NCBI GenBank assembly: GCA_963933215.1
Contig: CAWVSB010000001.1
Span: 626-64,625, forward strand
Source of the DNA: an uncultured Cellvibrionales bacterium
Lineage (GTDB): Bacteria; Pseudomonadota; Gammaproteobacteria; Pseudomonadales; CAWVSB01
Direction of reading: 5' to 3'
Length of the DNA stretch: 64,000 nucleotides
Shown here: positions 1 to 9,440 of the stretch, piece after piece
How the letters are laid out: the number at the start of each line of letters is the position of its first letter
Position numbering within the stretch: the stretch's first letter is position 1
Position numbers and translations under genes: made by a program
The notes under the pieces: generated by a model
Database searches by the model: none
What the model saw: only the letters and a program-made list of their open reading frames with translations
Told to the model about the DNA's origin: nothing

Positions 1-873
1 CATTATGCGGCCAATATTATAATCAACCCAAGAAATACATGACAAATAAGCACGACGAACAGCTTGTCATTTATTATGCCTTTTGAACTCTTCAGCGATG
101 TCAGGGCGACGCATGCTGTTACCTTCTTTGCCTATATCGTCAAGGTCGTTGACTAATAATTTCGGTGGCTCAATGGCTTGCGGTAAGGTATCGGAAAATT
201 GCACCGGGCAATCAAAAGCCAAGTATGGTTTTACCAAGCCTATAGCAGCAAAATAAGGCTTATTGTTTGCGTTACTGCCATGCTTTGCAATTACATCGAT
301 ACCGTAAGACGTAGCCTTATGATTAAACAGTTTCTCTAGCGGATTAGTGACAGGTCGAAACGAGTGCTTGTTGTTAATATTAAAGCCCTTGTTTTTAGCA
401 AAAACCTTAGTATACAATTTGCTAGCCAAATAATCAGTCCATGAAAAATCATCATATTTGTTGCTGTGATAGATTTTTCATGATCTAAAAGTTGAATAAC
501 CATTATCTTTTAGAAATTGCGGTAACGAGATGTATTGTTCATGTAGCTGCTTATAAATGTCGTGGTCATAAAAAGTATACAAGCCTGATTTATAGAGCTT
601 CACACCACACAGCACAGCATTACGGCTCGGTGAGCAGCGTGGACTAAACGCTTGCACATTCTGAAGGCAACTCCTTGGTTAGCTAAGCTATCAATATTCG
701 GCGTAATTGCCTGTGGATGGCCTGCCATAAATCCCACCCAGTCATTCATATCATCAACAGTTATAAAAAAAAGTTGGGCTACTTTGCTTCATTTTTTTAT
801 CGGCTGTCATGCTTAGAGAGACAAAATCACCAAGGATTATGCATAGAGTTACAATGTGAATCATTTTATACAT
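1..873 (-). pseudogene. Disrupted sulfatase (formylglycine-type sulfatase family); the 3' part runs off the window start
   Basis: Minus-strand translation from ATG 873-871 gives a signal-peptide-like N-terminus. After a frame change it reads [36 protein letters not shown]. After changing back it reads [20 protein letters not shown], which is the C-x-P-x-R sulfatase signature, then GYSTFRS*KIYHS. Past the track ORF stop the frame continues QAVRRAYLSCISWVDYNIGRIM to base 1. Lesions: one extra base in an A8 run (765-772), one missing base near 661-667, and in-frame TGA at 478-480 and 67-69. Track ORF 67..429 is only the longest intact fragment. Confidence 0.8.
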
Positions 874-1650
874 AACATTTCCTTGGGCTACTGCTACTGC
901 TGTTGGGTTTAGTTTATTTTTTGTTAATAGTCAGGATTAACTGTTGTTTATAATGAAGCAATATCAACTTCACCATACTATAAAGTATGTTAAATAAACC
1001 CTAAGGAGCGACATCACACCCACTCAAAATTCTTGCGACAATTTTTTGGATTTGCCCATATGATAGCGTTGCATTCTTTTGGTAAAGTGTTTTTGCTACC
1101 ACCACGCCATTATTATGCAGAGTAATAGTGGAAATAACGCAAAGGCACTCCCAACACATTAAAAAATCTCTACGGATAACAAACTATTATAGACGTTTTA
1201 AATTCGTGAATACCTCAGGTTTCCGATGTGGTATTACAATAATATCAAAATTCTAGATTGTGGACCCTGAGATAAGATAATAAGTGATCTAAGTCGACGT
1301 TTAAGGCAAGCTTAAACTAGAATCAAAGCTCATTTAATATAGTCCTAAGACAAAGACTTTTTAACTACGCCGCATAGGCCAAGCTATAGTAATAACCAGC
1401 GGCCAGCTTGTCGCATGATGACCATTCATTCTAGGGTGTTGCATAGCTCTTAGCCTGCTAAGTTATGGCGTATTATACAGGCACGGATTATTTAAGCGAA
1501 GCTGCCAGATATTCTTATCATGGGGCGGTGGCCGTAAGTTAGCGTGGCATACTTTGTATAAAGATTGGCATGGATTGTCAATATATAAAATACGAATAAT
1601 CTTAGCATTACACTCTTATGATCACAGCGTTTAATGCGGAGTAGCAGTTT

Positions 1651-2496
1651 ATGGGTATTCAAGTAAAGCCAACAGGGCAGGCTTGTGGCGCAGAAATACG
1701 TGGCGTCGATTTAACGGCGCCGTTAGATGCAGCTACGATTAAAGAAATCAAAACAGCATGGCATGAGCACCATGTGTTGATTTTTCCTGAGCAAAAAATG
1801 AGTGATGATGATTTAGAGCGTTTTACTTATAGCTTTGGTGCGGTGGCAGAAGATCCCTTTATTCAACCCATTGCCGGGCGCGAGCATATTATTGCGGTGC
1901 AGCGTAGGGCTGACGAGACCACCAGTATTTTTGCCGACGTGTGGCATACCGATTGGAGCTTTCAGCAAAATCCGCCGATAGGAACATGTTTGTACGGCAT
2001 TACTATTCCACCTATTGGTGGCAATACAGATTTTGCTAATCAAAAGTTGGCCTATGCGAATATGCCTATAGCGTTAAAAGCTAAGCTCGCGGGAAAGCTC
2101 GCAATCCATTCAGCCGCTGGCGGCTATTCGCCAGATGGTTTATACAGCGATGCCGACTCCGAAGCTGACCGCAGTATGAAAATTGTGGTGTCAGATGATG
2201 CCCGAGAAACGCAAAATCATCCGTTAGTGCAAGCTCATCCCGAGTCGGGTAAAGAAGGAGTGTATGGTTGCTTAGGTTACATTATGGGTATTGACGGGCT
2301 TGACCAAACAGACACCTTTAATCTTTTAATGGAGCTACACGAGTGGCAAACCAAAGCTGAGTTTGTGTATTCACACCCGTGGCAAGAAAACATGTTGGTG
2401 ATGTGGGATAACCGCAGCGTATTGCATAAAGCCAACGCAGGATACGACGGCTATGACAGGTTGTTGCATAGAACAACGATTGGCGCGGTTGTATGA
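1651..2496 (+). CDS. TauD/TfdA-family Fe(II)/2-oxoglutarate-dependent dioxygenase (taurine-dioxygenase-like)
   Basis: 281-aa ORF with GGAG 9 nt upstream of the ATG. It has the H-x-D iron-ligand motif (WHTDWSF) and the C-terminal RLLHRTTI typical of TauD-like enzymes. Length is typical of the family. Confidence 0.85.
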   Translation: MGIQVKPTGQACGAEIRGVDLTAPLDAATIKEIKTAWHEHHVLIFPEQKMSDDDLERFTYSFGAVAEDPFIQPIAGREHIIAVQRRADETTSIFADVWHTDWSFQQNPPIGTCLYGITIPPIGGNTDFANQKLAYANMPIALKAKLAGKLAIHSAAGGYSPDGLYSDADSEADRSMKIVVSDDARETQNHPLVQAHPESGKEGVYGCLGYIMGIDGLDQTDTFNLLMELHEWQTKAEFVYSHPWQENMLVMWDNRSVLHKANAGYDGYDRLLHRTTIGAVV

Positions 2497-3206
2497 ATGA
2501 CGGCGCTGGATTAGTTGAAGCAGTTGCAGGCGCAATTATTAGCCATCAAAAAATTAGTGCGCTACCTAGCGGCTTAAGTGTAGAGCAGGCTTATGAATTT
2601 CAACATCGCGTCGCTGAAGTGGTAAGTGGTAATAATATTATTGGTATAAAAGCCGGGGTAACCGCCGCGCCAGTGCAGCAGTTTCTTGGACTAAGCTCAC
2701 CGGTTATTGGCTCTTTATATGGCGGTGGAAAATTACTGTCGGGTTGCCGGCTTAAGGTAGAAGAAGGGTCACTACTTGAATGTGAAATAGGCGTTTTATT
2801 GGATGGCGATGGCAAACCAAAAGCTATATTGCCTGTCATTGAAGTGGTGTTATTAGGCTTTGAGCGTGATGAAGATTTGACTGGTGCAAATGTGATAGCC
2901 GCCAATATAGGTGCCGACCGAGTTATTTGCGGTGAGCCAATTGCGTGGCAAAGCAGGCCGGCGCAAATTGATATTCAGCTAGCCTTTAATAAAAGCATTG
3001 TCTGCACTGCCTCGTCCAATGACTCTTTAGGTGGTGTTGAAAGCGGCGTGAACTGGATGCTGGCAGAGGCTGGTAGAAGAGGGTTTTGTGTTGGTGAAGA
3101 TAGTTTATTAATTTTAGGTACTTGTGGCCCTGCAGTCCCGGCGTTATCAGGTGATTATAAAGCTAACTACGGTGAGCTTGGCGGCATAGAGTTTACGGTT
3201 ATATAG
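2493..3206 (+). CDS. Hydratase/decarboxylase-family protein (2-keto-4-pentenoate hydratase MhpD/HpcG-like, FAH fold)
   Basis: 237-aa ORF whose ATG overlaps the upstream stop (ATGA at 2493-2496). The N-terminal pattern EQAYEFQ...IIGIKAGVT...SPVIGSLY resembles the AY.Q...G.K.G...P..G.L pattern of 2-oxopent-4-enoate hydratases. This assignment is from memory. Confidence 0.55.
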   Translation: MNDGAGLVEAVAGAIISHQKISALPSGLSVEQAYEFQHRVAEVVSGNNIIGIKAGVTAAPVQQFLGLSSPVIGSLYGGGKLLSGCRLKVEEGSLLECEIGVLLDGDGKPKAILPVIEVVLLGFERDEDLTGANVIAANIGADRVICGEPIAWQSRPAQIDIQLAFNKSIVCTASSNDSLGGVESGVNWMLAEAGRRGFCVGEDSLLILGTCGPAVPALSGDYKANYGELGGIEFTVI

Positions 3207-3209
3207 TTT

Positions 3210-3674
3210 CTACTGTGCGCCTTCAAAACCTTGTTGTCGCCACGCTTCATAAACAAAAATAGACACACTATTAGATAAATTCATGCTGCGGCTGTTGGGT
3301 TGCATAGGTATTCGCAGTACATGCTCATGGGGTAGGCTTTGTAAAAAGTGGTCGGGTAGGCCGCGAGTTTCGGGGCCAAAGATTATAGCGTCGGCTGGTT
3401 CAAATTTTGCATCGGTAAAAAATGTTGTACCTTTGGTGCTGGCAGCAAGCATTCGGGCAGGTTTTACGCTGCTGATAAAATCTTCTAGATTATCGTGCTC
3501 AGTGATACTAGAGAACTCGTCGTAATCAAGGCCAGCGCGGCGCAGGCGTTTGTCGTCAAGCTCGAAACCAAGAGGGTGAATAACATGCAACTTGGCCCCA
3601 GTATTGGCGCAAAGGCGGATGATGTTGCCAGTGTTAGGCGGGATCTCGGGTTGATATAAGACAATGTGAAACAT
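3210..3674 (-). CDS. trmL: tRNA (cytidine/uridine-34 2'-O)-methyltransferase TrmL (YibK), SPOUT family
   Basis: 154 aa. It is near-colinear with E. coli YibK: [59 protein letters not shown]...YEAWRQ. Confidence 0.93.
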   Translation of the reverse strand: MFHIVLYQPEIPPNTGNIIRLCANTGAKLHVIHPLGFELDDKRLRRAGLDYDEFSSITEHDNLEDFISSVKPARMLAASTKGTTFFTDAKFEPADAIIFGPETRGLPDHFLQSLPHEHVLRIPMQPNSRSMNLSNSVSIFVYEAWRQQGFEGAQ

Positions 3675-3756
3675 GAGGTAAGTTAACTGCCGCTAGTGTT
3701 GAGAATGTGCCAAGTATAAAGATGGTGTGGTCGCAACACTAGTAAGATTTAAAAGT

Positions 3757-5190
3757 CTAATCTTCTGGCGTAATATCGCTCATACTGAGTTCTTTAATTT
3801 TGCGAGTAATAGTATTTCTGCCCCAGCCCAAAAGCTCTGCAGCGTCGCGGCGGCGGCCCTCGGTATGCTTTAGCGCAGCGTCAATCATAATCCGTTCAAA
3901 CATAGGGGCGGCTTTGTCTAGTAGGCGCTCGGTACCCATAGCAATTTCTCGATCTGCCCATTGGCTTAGCAGGGTTTCCCAGTGGCCATCGCTGGAGGTG
4001 TTTTCTTTTTCGCCACTAAGCTCTGGCGGTAAATCATCGAGTTGAATTTCTCGCCCAGCGGCCATAACCGTTAGCCAGCGACAGGTGTTTTCTAGCTGGC
4101 GAACATTACCAGGCCAGTTTAGTTGGGTTAAATACGTAGCGGCCTCCTGACTCAGTTGTTTACTTTCAACCTCTAGCTCTTTCGCTGCGGAGGCTAAAAA
4201 ATGTTTGGCTAGTTGTACAATGTCTTCGCGTCGATCGGCCAGTTTTGGCAGGTGGACACGAATAACGTTTAAGCGATGAAACAAATCTTCACGGAAGCGA
4301 TTTTCACCAACCAACTTTTCCATATTTTGATGAGTGGCAGCAATGATGCGTACGTCTACTTTTACTGAGGTATGGCCACCGACGCGGTAAAATTCACCAT
4401 CAGCTAAAACACGTAGTAAACGGGTTTGGGTATCGGCGGGCATATCACCAATTTCATCTAAAAATAGGGTGCCGCCGTCGGCTTGTTCGAAGCGGCCGCG
4501 GCGCTGTGAATTGGCGCCGGTAAAGGCACCTTTTTCGTGACCGAATAATTCTGACTCCATTAGCTCTTTTGGAATAGCTGCCATGTTAAGCGCAATGAAG
4601 GGATTGCTAGCGCGTGGGCTATGCGTATGTAGCGCTTTAGCAACAAGCTCTTTACCGGTACCTGACTCGCCATTGATAAGCACCGTTATATTAGAATGAG
4701 AGAGACGGCCGATGGCGCGAAACACTTCTTGCATGGCAGGCGCTTCGCCAATAATTTCAGCGCTAGCTTCTTCCTCCTCAATAACGACAGCAACGTCTTT
4801 GCTACTGGCTAGTTCTTCGCTATGAGTAATGGCGCGTTTTACTACGGCGACCACTTCGTCGAGATCGAACGGTTTGGGCAGGTACTCGAAGGCACCGCCT
4901 TGGTATGAGGCAACGGCGCTGTCTAAGTCAGAGTGAGCAGTGGTAATAATGACCGGTAAATCTGGATACTTCTCGATAATGCGTTTTAATAGCTTCAAGC
5001 CATCAATCCCGGGCATACGAATGTCGCTAATGATTGCCGTTGGACGACTTTGCTCTAAGCGGTTTAATACGCTATCGCCTTCGGCGAAAGATTGAGTGGT
5101 GATTGATTCGGCATTCAATGCTTTCTCAACTACCCAGCGGATGGATTTGTCGTCATCGACAACCCATACTGTATTGTTAGTTTGGCTCAT
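3757..5190 (-). CDS. ntrC: Nitrogen regulation response regulator NtrC (sigma54-dependent activator)
   Basis: 477 aa. It has a receiver domain (VWVVDDD...DIRMPGIDG), an AAA+ domain with GESGTGKE and the GAFTGA loop, and a C-terminal Fis-type HTH. It lies directly downstream of ntrB. Confidence 0.95.
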   Translation of the reverse strand: MSQTNNTVWVVDDDKSIRWVVEKALNAESITTQSFAEGDSVLNRLEQSRPTAIISDIRMPGIDGLKLLKRIIEKYPDLPVIITTAHSDLDSAVASYQGGAFEYLPKPFDLDEVVAVVKRAITHSEELASSKDVAVVIEEEEASAEIIGEAPAMQEVFRAIGRLSHSNITVLINGESGTGKELVAKALHTHSPRASNPFIALNMAAIPKELMESELFGHEKGAFTGANSQRRGRFEQADGGTLFLDEIGDMPADTQTRLLRVLADGEFYRVGGHTSVKVDVRIIAATHQNMEKLVGENRFREDLFHRLNVIRVHLPKLADRREDIVQLAKHFLASAAKELEVESKQLSQEAATYLTQLNWPGNVRQLENTCRWLTVMAAGREIQLDDLPPELSGEKENTSSDGHWETLLSQWADREIAMGTERLLDKAAPMFERIMIDAALKHTEGRRRDAAELLGWGRNTITRKIKELSMSDITPED

Positions 5191-6256
5191 TGACTGGCTC
5201 CAGTGGAATATAAAGTGAAAATCTTGTGTTACCAGGCTCGCTTTCGCATTCTATTAAGCCTTGGTGGCGGTTGATAACCGATTGTGACAGGGACAACCCT
5301 AGACCAGTTCCTTCAGCGCGACCGCTAACCATGGGCATAAAGACAGTATGGAGTAATTGTTTAGGTACCCCAGGGCCAAGGTCGCAAATATCAATTTTAA
5401 TGACATGCCTGTGATGATATTTACCGATGGTGAACTGCCGTAAAATACGGGTAACAATCGTGATGGTTTGATTGCAGTGTGGATTGCTTTGCAATGACTG
5501 CATAGCGTTACGAGTTATATTTAACACCGCTTGGATAAGCTGCTCATTGTCGCCTAAAATATCTGGAATACTGGGGTCGTAATCACGCTCAAATTCAATC
5601 TTGCCAGAAGTTTCTGCGCTAATAAGCGTAATGACTCGTTCTAGAATTTCGTGCAGATTAGTAGGCTGATAGGTTTGAGGCTTGTGAGACCCAAGTAGCT
5701 TGTCTACTAAGTTACTTAAGCGGTCGGCCTCTTCAATGATAACGTCAGTATAGTCTCTTAGCTCCGCATCGGGTAACTCTCTGGCGAGTAATTGTGCAGC
5801 GCCGCGCAAGCCACCTAAGGGGTTTTTAATCTCATGGGCCAAGCCGCGAATCATGGTGCGGGTGGTTTCCTGATTTGAAATTATGCCTTCTTCACGGCTA
5901 ATTTTGAGGATTCGATCTAGTGGTTGTAGTTCTAGCAGAAGCGACAAGGCGCCGCTTTCAATAATTGGGGTTGCCGAGCAATCTACCGTAATATCGCTGC
6001 CATCATGCAGTGTCAGCAAGGTTTGTCGTTTGATAAACGGTGAACCACTATGAATGGCATCGAGCATTTCTTGAGTGCTAATTTCGCAGCTAGGAAATAG
6101 CGAGTCAAATGGATTGCCCACAACGCGATTAGCGCTTACTTTCAGCGCTATTTCGGCACCGGTATTTAGATAGGCGATATTGAGCTCACTATCTAACAGT
6201 AAGACCGCGGTGGCTAGATTGTCTAGCAGTCGGCGATGTAAGTTGTCTGAGTTCAT
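5177..6256 (-). CDS. ntrB: Nitrogen regulation sensor histidine kinase NtrB
   Basis: 359 aa. It has an N-terminal PAS-like region, an H-box (LAHEIKNPLGG) and a C-terminal ATPase domain (GTGLGLS). It overlaps the ntrC start by 14 nt. Confidence 0.92.
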   Translation of the reverse strand: MNSDNLHRRLLDNLATAVLLLDSELNIAYLNTGAEIALKVSANRVVGNPFDSLFPSCEISTQEMLDAIHSGSPFIKRQTLLTLHDGSDITVDCSATPIIESGALSLLLELQPLDRILKISREEGIISNQETTRTMIRGLAHEIKNPLGGLRGAAQLLARELPDAELRDYTDVIIEEADRLSNLVDKLLGSHKPQTYQPTNLHEILERVITLISAETSGKIEFERDYDPSIPDILGDNEQLIQAVLNITRNAMQSLQSNPHCNQTITIVTRILRQFTIGKYHHRHVIKIDICDLGPGVPKQLLHTVFMPMVSGRAEGTGLGLSLSQSVINRHQGLIECESEPGNTRFSLYIPLEPVNEPN

Positions 6257-6394
6257 GATGAATTTTCTTTAAGACAGTTAAGAGGTTAATGCAAAAACTA
6301 AACCAACTTTTTACTACCGAAAAATTAATTTAGGAGGTTATTATCAGGGTTTAAAGCTCTTTAAGCCCTGTAGCTACTCCGGATTAATCCTTCA

Positions 6395-6410
6395 TGCACT
6401 ATATTAGTGC
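6395..6410. promoter_or_regulatory. Candidate NtrC-binding palindrome upstream of ntrB (TGCACTATATTAGTGC)
   Basis: The site has GCAC-N7-GTGC dyad symmetry matching the NtrC consensus TGCACC-N5-GGTGCA half-sites. It sits ~140 bp upstream of the ntrB start in the glnA-ntrB spacer. Confidence 0.5.
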
Positions 6411-6462
6411 GGTCGTATGGAGTCAATAAAAATAGTCAGTTGAGAGAGCGTTATGGTTGGAC

Positions 6463-6497
6463 AAAAAAAATCCCACTTGATTCACATCAAGCGGGAT
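6463..6497 (-). terminator. Rho-independent terminator of glnA
   Basis: On the minus strand the stem ATCCCGCTTGAT / ATCAAGTGGGAT has 12 bp with one G-U pair and a 4-nt loop, followed by T8. It starts ~19 nt after the glnA stop. Confidence 0.8.
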
Positions 6498-6515
6498 TTC
6501 AGCTGCGCTAATTAA

Positions 6516-7922
6516 TTAGCAGCTGTAGTACATTTCAAACTCAACAGGGTGAGTGGACATGTTCAAGCGCTCTACTTCTGCAGACTTAAGTGCAATATAG
6601 GCATCGATCATATCATCGTTCATTACACCGCCAGCAGTCAAAAATTCACGATCTGCGTCTAGTGCAGCTAGTGCTTGCTCTAGGCTTGAGCATACCGTTG
6701 GAATCTGTGCTGCTTCTTCAGCGGGAAGATCGTAAAGATCTTTGTCCGCTGCATCGCCAGGGTGAATCTTGTTTTTGATGCCGTCAAGACCAGCCATCAT
6801 CAAGGCGGTAAATGCCAAGTATGGGTTGGCTGTAGGATCTGGGAAGCGAACTTCTACTCGTGAAGCCTTAGGGTTTTGTACGTAAGGAATACGGATAGAG
6901 GCACTGCGGTTGCGTGCTGAGTAAGCAAGCATAACTGGCGCTTCAAAGCCTGGTACTAAGCGTTTGTAGGAGTTAGTAGATGCGTTAGTGAATGCGTTTA
7001 CTGCACGAGCGTGTTTGATGATACCGCCGATGTAGAAAAGTGCAGTTTCACTTAGGCCAGCATAGCTGTCGCCTTGGAATACATTCTTGCCATCTTTGCT
7101 GATAGACATGTGAACGTGCATGCCGCTGCCGTTGTCGCCAACTAATGGTTTAGGCATAAAAGTCGCCGTTTTGCCATAAGCGTGAGCAACATTATGAGTG
7201 CAGTATTTAAAGACCTGAATTTCATCAGCTTTTAGCGTTAGGCTGTTAGCGCCAACACCAATTTCACATTGGCCAGCGGTACCAACTTCATGGTGATGAA
7301 CTTCGATTTTTAAGCCCATTGCTTCCATCGCGCCACACATAGCGCCGCGTAGGTCATGTAAAGAGTCAACTGGAGGAACTGGGAAGTAACCGCCTTTTAC
7401 AACTGGGCGATGGCCAGTATTGCCACCGTCAAAAGACTTATTTGAAGACCATGCAGCTTCTTCAGAGTTGATTTCAAAGCTAGATCCGCTGATATCGTTT
7501 TTCCATTTAACGTCATCAAATACGAAGAATTCTGGCTCTGGGCCAAACAAGCAGCCGTCACCGATACCGGTAGACTTTAAGTATTCTTCCGCGCGTTGAG
7601 CAATAGAGCGTGGGTCGCGATCATAGCCTTGGCCAGTAGCCGGCTCGACGATGCCGCAACGAACGATTACAGTGTTCTCGTCAGTAAATGGGTCAAGTAT
7701 TGACGCGTTGTCGTCAGGCATCAGAATCATGTCGGACTCGTTAATGCCTTTCCAGCCAGCGATAGATGAGCCATCAAACATTTTTCCGTCTTCGAAAAAG
7801 TCGGCGTCAACCTCAGAAGCAGGGATAGAAACATGCTGCTCTTTGCCTTTGGTGTCGGTGAAGCGCAGATCTACCCAAGTAGATTCGCTTTCTTTAATGA
7901 GATTAAGGGTTTTCTCAGACAT
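6516..7922 (-). CDS. glnA: Glutamine synthetase type I
   Basis: 468 aa counted from ATG 7922-7920, which has GGAGGA at 7934-7929. The track start at 7949 adds 9 codons with no SD. It has typical GSI motifs and the adenylylation-site context [10 protein letters not shown]. Confidence 0.95.
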   Translation of the reverse strand: MSEKTLNLIKESESTWVDLRFTDTKGKEQHVSIPASEVDADFFEDGKMFDGSSIAGWKGINESDMILMPDDNASILDPFTDENTVIVRCGIVEPATGQGYDRDPRSIAQRAEEYLKSTGIGDGCLFGPEPEFFVFDDVKWKNDISGSSFEINSEEAAWSSNKSFDGGNTGHRPVVKGGYFPVPPVDSLHDLRGAMCGAMEAMGLKIEVHHHEVGTAGQCEIGVGANSLTLKADEIQVFKYCTHNVAHAYGKTATFMPKPLVGDNGSGMHVHMSISKDGKNVFQGDSYAGLSETALFYIGGIIKHARAVNAFTNASTNSYKRLVPGFEAPVMLAYSARNRSASIRIPYVQNPKASRVEVRFPDPTANPYLAFTALMMAGLDGIKNKIHPGDAADKDLYDLPAEEAAQIPTVCSSLEQALAALDADREFLTAGGVMNDDMIDAYIALKSAEVERLNMSTHPVEFEMYYSC

Positions 7923-8035
7923 TTGATGTCCTCCATCTTTTAAGTTCAATAAGCTATTAAGCTATGTGATAACAGCTTGCCAGCACGGCTAAAAATTATT
8001 TGTTATGTCACTATTGTTGCTCGCACTAAAATAAA

Positions 8036-8050
8036 GCAATTTATGTGCCA
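8036..8050 (-). promoter_or_regulatory. sigma54 (-24/-12) promoter of glnA (glnAp2-type)
   Basis: The minus strand reads TGGCACATAAATTGC, an exact match to TGGCAC-N5-TTGC. It lies ~115 nt upstream of the glnA ATG. Confidence 0.85.
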
Positions 8051-8124
8051 GTTCATAAAACCTAGTGCTGGCGAGCTTTTGCAGGCATTACAATGACATT
8101 TCATATCGCTAAGCATATTTTTAC

Positions 8125-8158
8125 GCACCGCATGAGTGCGCAAGCACAATAATAGTGC
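8125..8158. promoter_or_regulatory. Two tandem candidate NtrC upstream activator sites for glnA
   Basis: GCACCGCATGAGTGC (8125-8139) and GCACAATAATAGTGC (8144-8158) are both GCAC-N7-GTGC dyads. They are centred roughly -108 and -127 relative to the predicted sigma54 start, which is the classical enhancer arrangement. Confidence 0.65.
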
Positions 8159-8624
8159 ATTAAGTGTTGCTAGCAGGCTACACAGTAGTGGTATCAAAGC
8201 TAACAGGCAAGGTCTTTGCTGCATTAATAAATGAATAAAAAGTGCCTTGCACCGTAAAAACTTAAAAAGCTCCAAATAAGGGCATAATACACTAGCCCTT
8301 TTAGTTGACTCAGTACTGCTGATATTATTGAGTCTTTTGGCGCACTATATTGCCATGCAGTTTTCTGCGCAGATTATCGAAAATAGGCCTGCACCACTAA
8401 TTTTTGCTAAGCGCGGCGTTGGCAGGTGTAATAGTTGATCTGCAGTGGCCAGATGAGTAGTCATTTACATGCTATGTTTTAACGGCGAATCAAGCCCTAG
8501 AGTCATCTTTGTATGAGTGGCATAATTATTTTGCAACCTTAGTCAAAAACACTGTCTATATACTGTGCTTTGCTAAAGGTGAGCTGATTGCCTGCTTCGC
8601 ATTAAAAACAACAAGGATTAGATA

Positions 8625-9440
8625 ATGTCAGCGTGTATAAACTCATTGATTAGAAAGGCTATTAGTAGAAGTGTGTGCTTACTTCTCAGCAGTTTTTTGT
8701 TGCTGTCTTGGCCGACTGCTGCGGGTATTGTTGATAGAAGTAAAGAGGTGGAGCAGTACACCAGGCTTATAATGTCTGAGAGTGAAACGCTGCGTTTTGC
8801 TGCGCTTAAAGAGTTAGCTTGGGTTGGGCTGTCAGACCAAGCCTTGTTTGAGTTGGTGGCCGCACAGTTGCAAGCGAAGCTGGCGGCTAAAACATTAGAA
8901 AATGATCTGCTGGAAACTGAGTTATTGATGGCGGCGTTAAGTGGCTCTGGGCTGATTCAGTTTGATCTATTGATTAGCCAAGTTGGCGAGCAAACTAAAA
9001 CTAAGCAGTTAATAGCGGCCGGCGAATTAGCCAGTGAAGCTTTAGTGCGTTCAGCGCAATTAAATCCTATCAAAAGCAGCGACCAATACGTTAGTCCACA
9101 AGTACCGTTTTCAGTAGCCGTATTCTTAAACTTTATTTATGCCGATGAATTGGCGATGAAGCGCCAGGCGGTAGAAATAATTGGTGCTGATAGGATGACT
9201 AATCATCATATATTAAAAGCCTTGGAAACCAATATTAGTAATAATTACCTGTTGGAAAACGATACTGATGAATGGGCTGAGACTTACTTACAAATGTGCG
9301 ACGTGTTGGTTTATGCCGGCGGGGTGGGTTACGCGCCACTGATAACAGATGTGGCACGAAATGCTGCTAATGCTAGGTTGCGAAGTGACGCAATGGGCTT
9401 AATGCGCAAATACGAACTGCATCAGAAGAAAAGGTTGTAA
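8625..9440 (+). CDS. Hypothetical secreted protein, helical, HEAT/armadillo-like repeats
   Basis: 271-aa ORF with AAGGA 8 nt upstream of the ATG. The N-terminal hydrophobic signal sequence (VCLLLSSFLLLSWPTAAG) is followed by alpha-helix-rich sequence with repeat-like segments (LRFAALKELAWVG, MKRQAVEIIG). I recognised no family. Confidence 0.6.
   Translation: MSACINSLIRKAISRSVCLLLSSFLLLSWPTAAGIVDRSKEVEQYTRLIMSESETLRFAALKELAWVGLSDQALFELVAAQLQAKLAAKTLENDLLETELLMAALSGSGLIQFDLLISQVGEQTKTKQLIAAGELASEALVRSAQLNPIKSSDQYVSPQVPFSVAVFLNFIYADELAMKRQAVEIIGADRMTNHHILKALETNISNNYLLENDTDEWAETYLQMCDVLVYAGGVGYAPLITDVARNAANARLRSDAMGLMRKYELHQKKRL

Noticed and set aside
1000-1175. Minus-strand fragments such as LRYFHYYSA and HFTKRMQRYHMGKSKKLSQEF that loosely resemble the N-terminal HTH of LysR-type regulators.
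   Set aside because: The match needs several frame changes and indels, and identity is limited to a few residues (FTK, LSQ). It is too weak to call a pseudogene and is mentioned only as a possible relic within the ORF-free region.
3707-3712. TGGCAC hexamer on the minus strand in the 82-bp ntrC-trmL spacer. In Pseudomonas the NtrC/sigma54-dependent sRNA NrsZ lies downstream of ntrC.
   Set aside because: The -12 position reads CAAC rather than TTGC (no GC dinucleotide at the required spacing). The spacer is also too short to hold an NrsZ-like sRNA.
7923-7949. N-terminal extensions in the ORF track for glnA (7949), typA (16440), hisE (25283), DUF547 (23223), the SPOR protein (34692), argS (34700), rpmE (38865) and the thermonuclease (38995).
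   Set aside because: In each case an internal ATG reproduces the conserved family N-terminus or places the signal peptide at the N-terminus. That ATG has a better SD or avoids overlap with the neighbouring gene. The longer version is just the maximal ORF.
8003-8275. 90-aa minus-strand ORF upstream of glnA.
   Set aside because: It overlaps the sigma54 promoter and the NtrC enhancer sites of glnA. The translation is Cys/Leu-rich nonsense, so this is regulatory DNA rather than coding.
8338-8353. Plus-strand TGGCGCACTATATTGC resembling a sigma54 promoter, pointing toward the 8625 ORF. TGGCATAATTATTTTGCA near 8528 is similar.
   Set aside because: The GG-to-GC spacing is one (or two) nucleotides longer than the strict TGGCAC-N5-TTGC geometry. 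Sigma54 promoters do not tolerate this.
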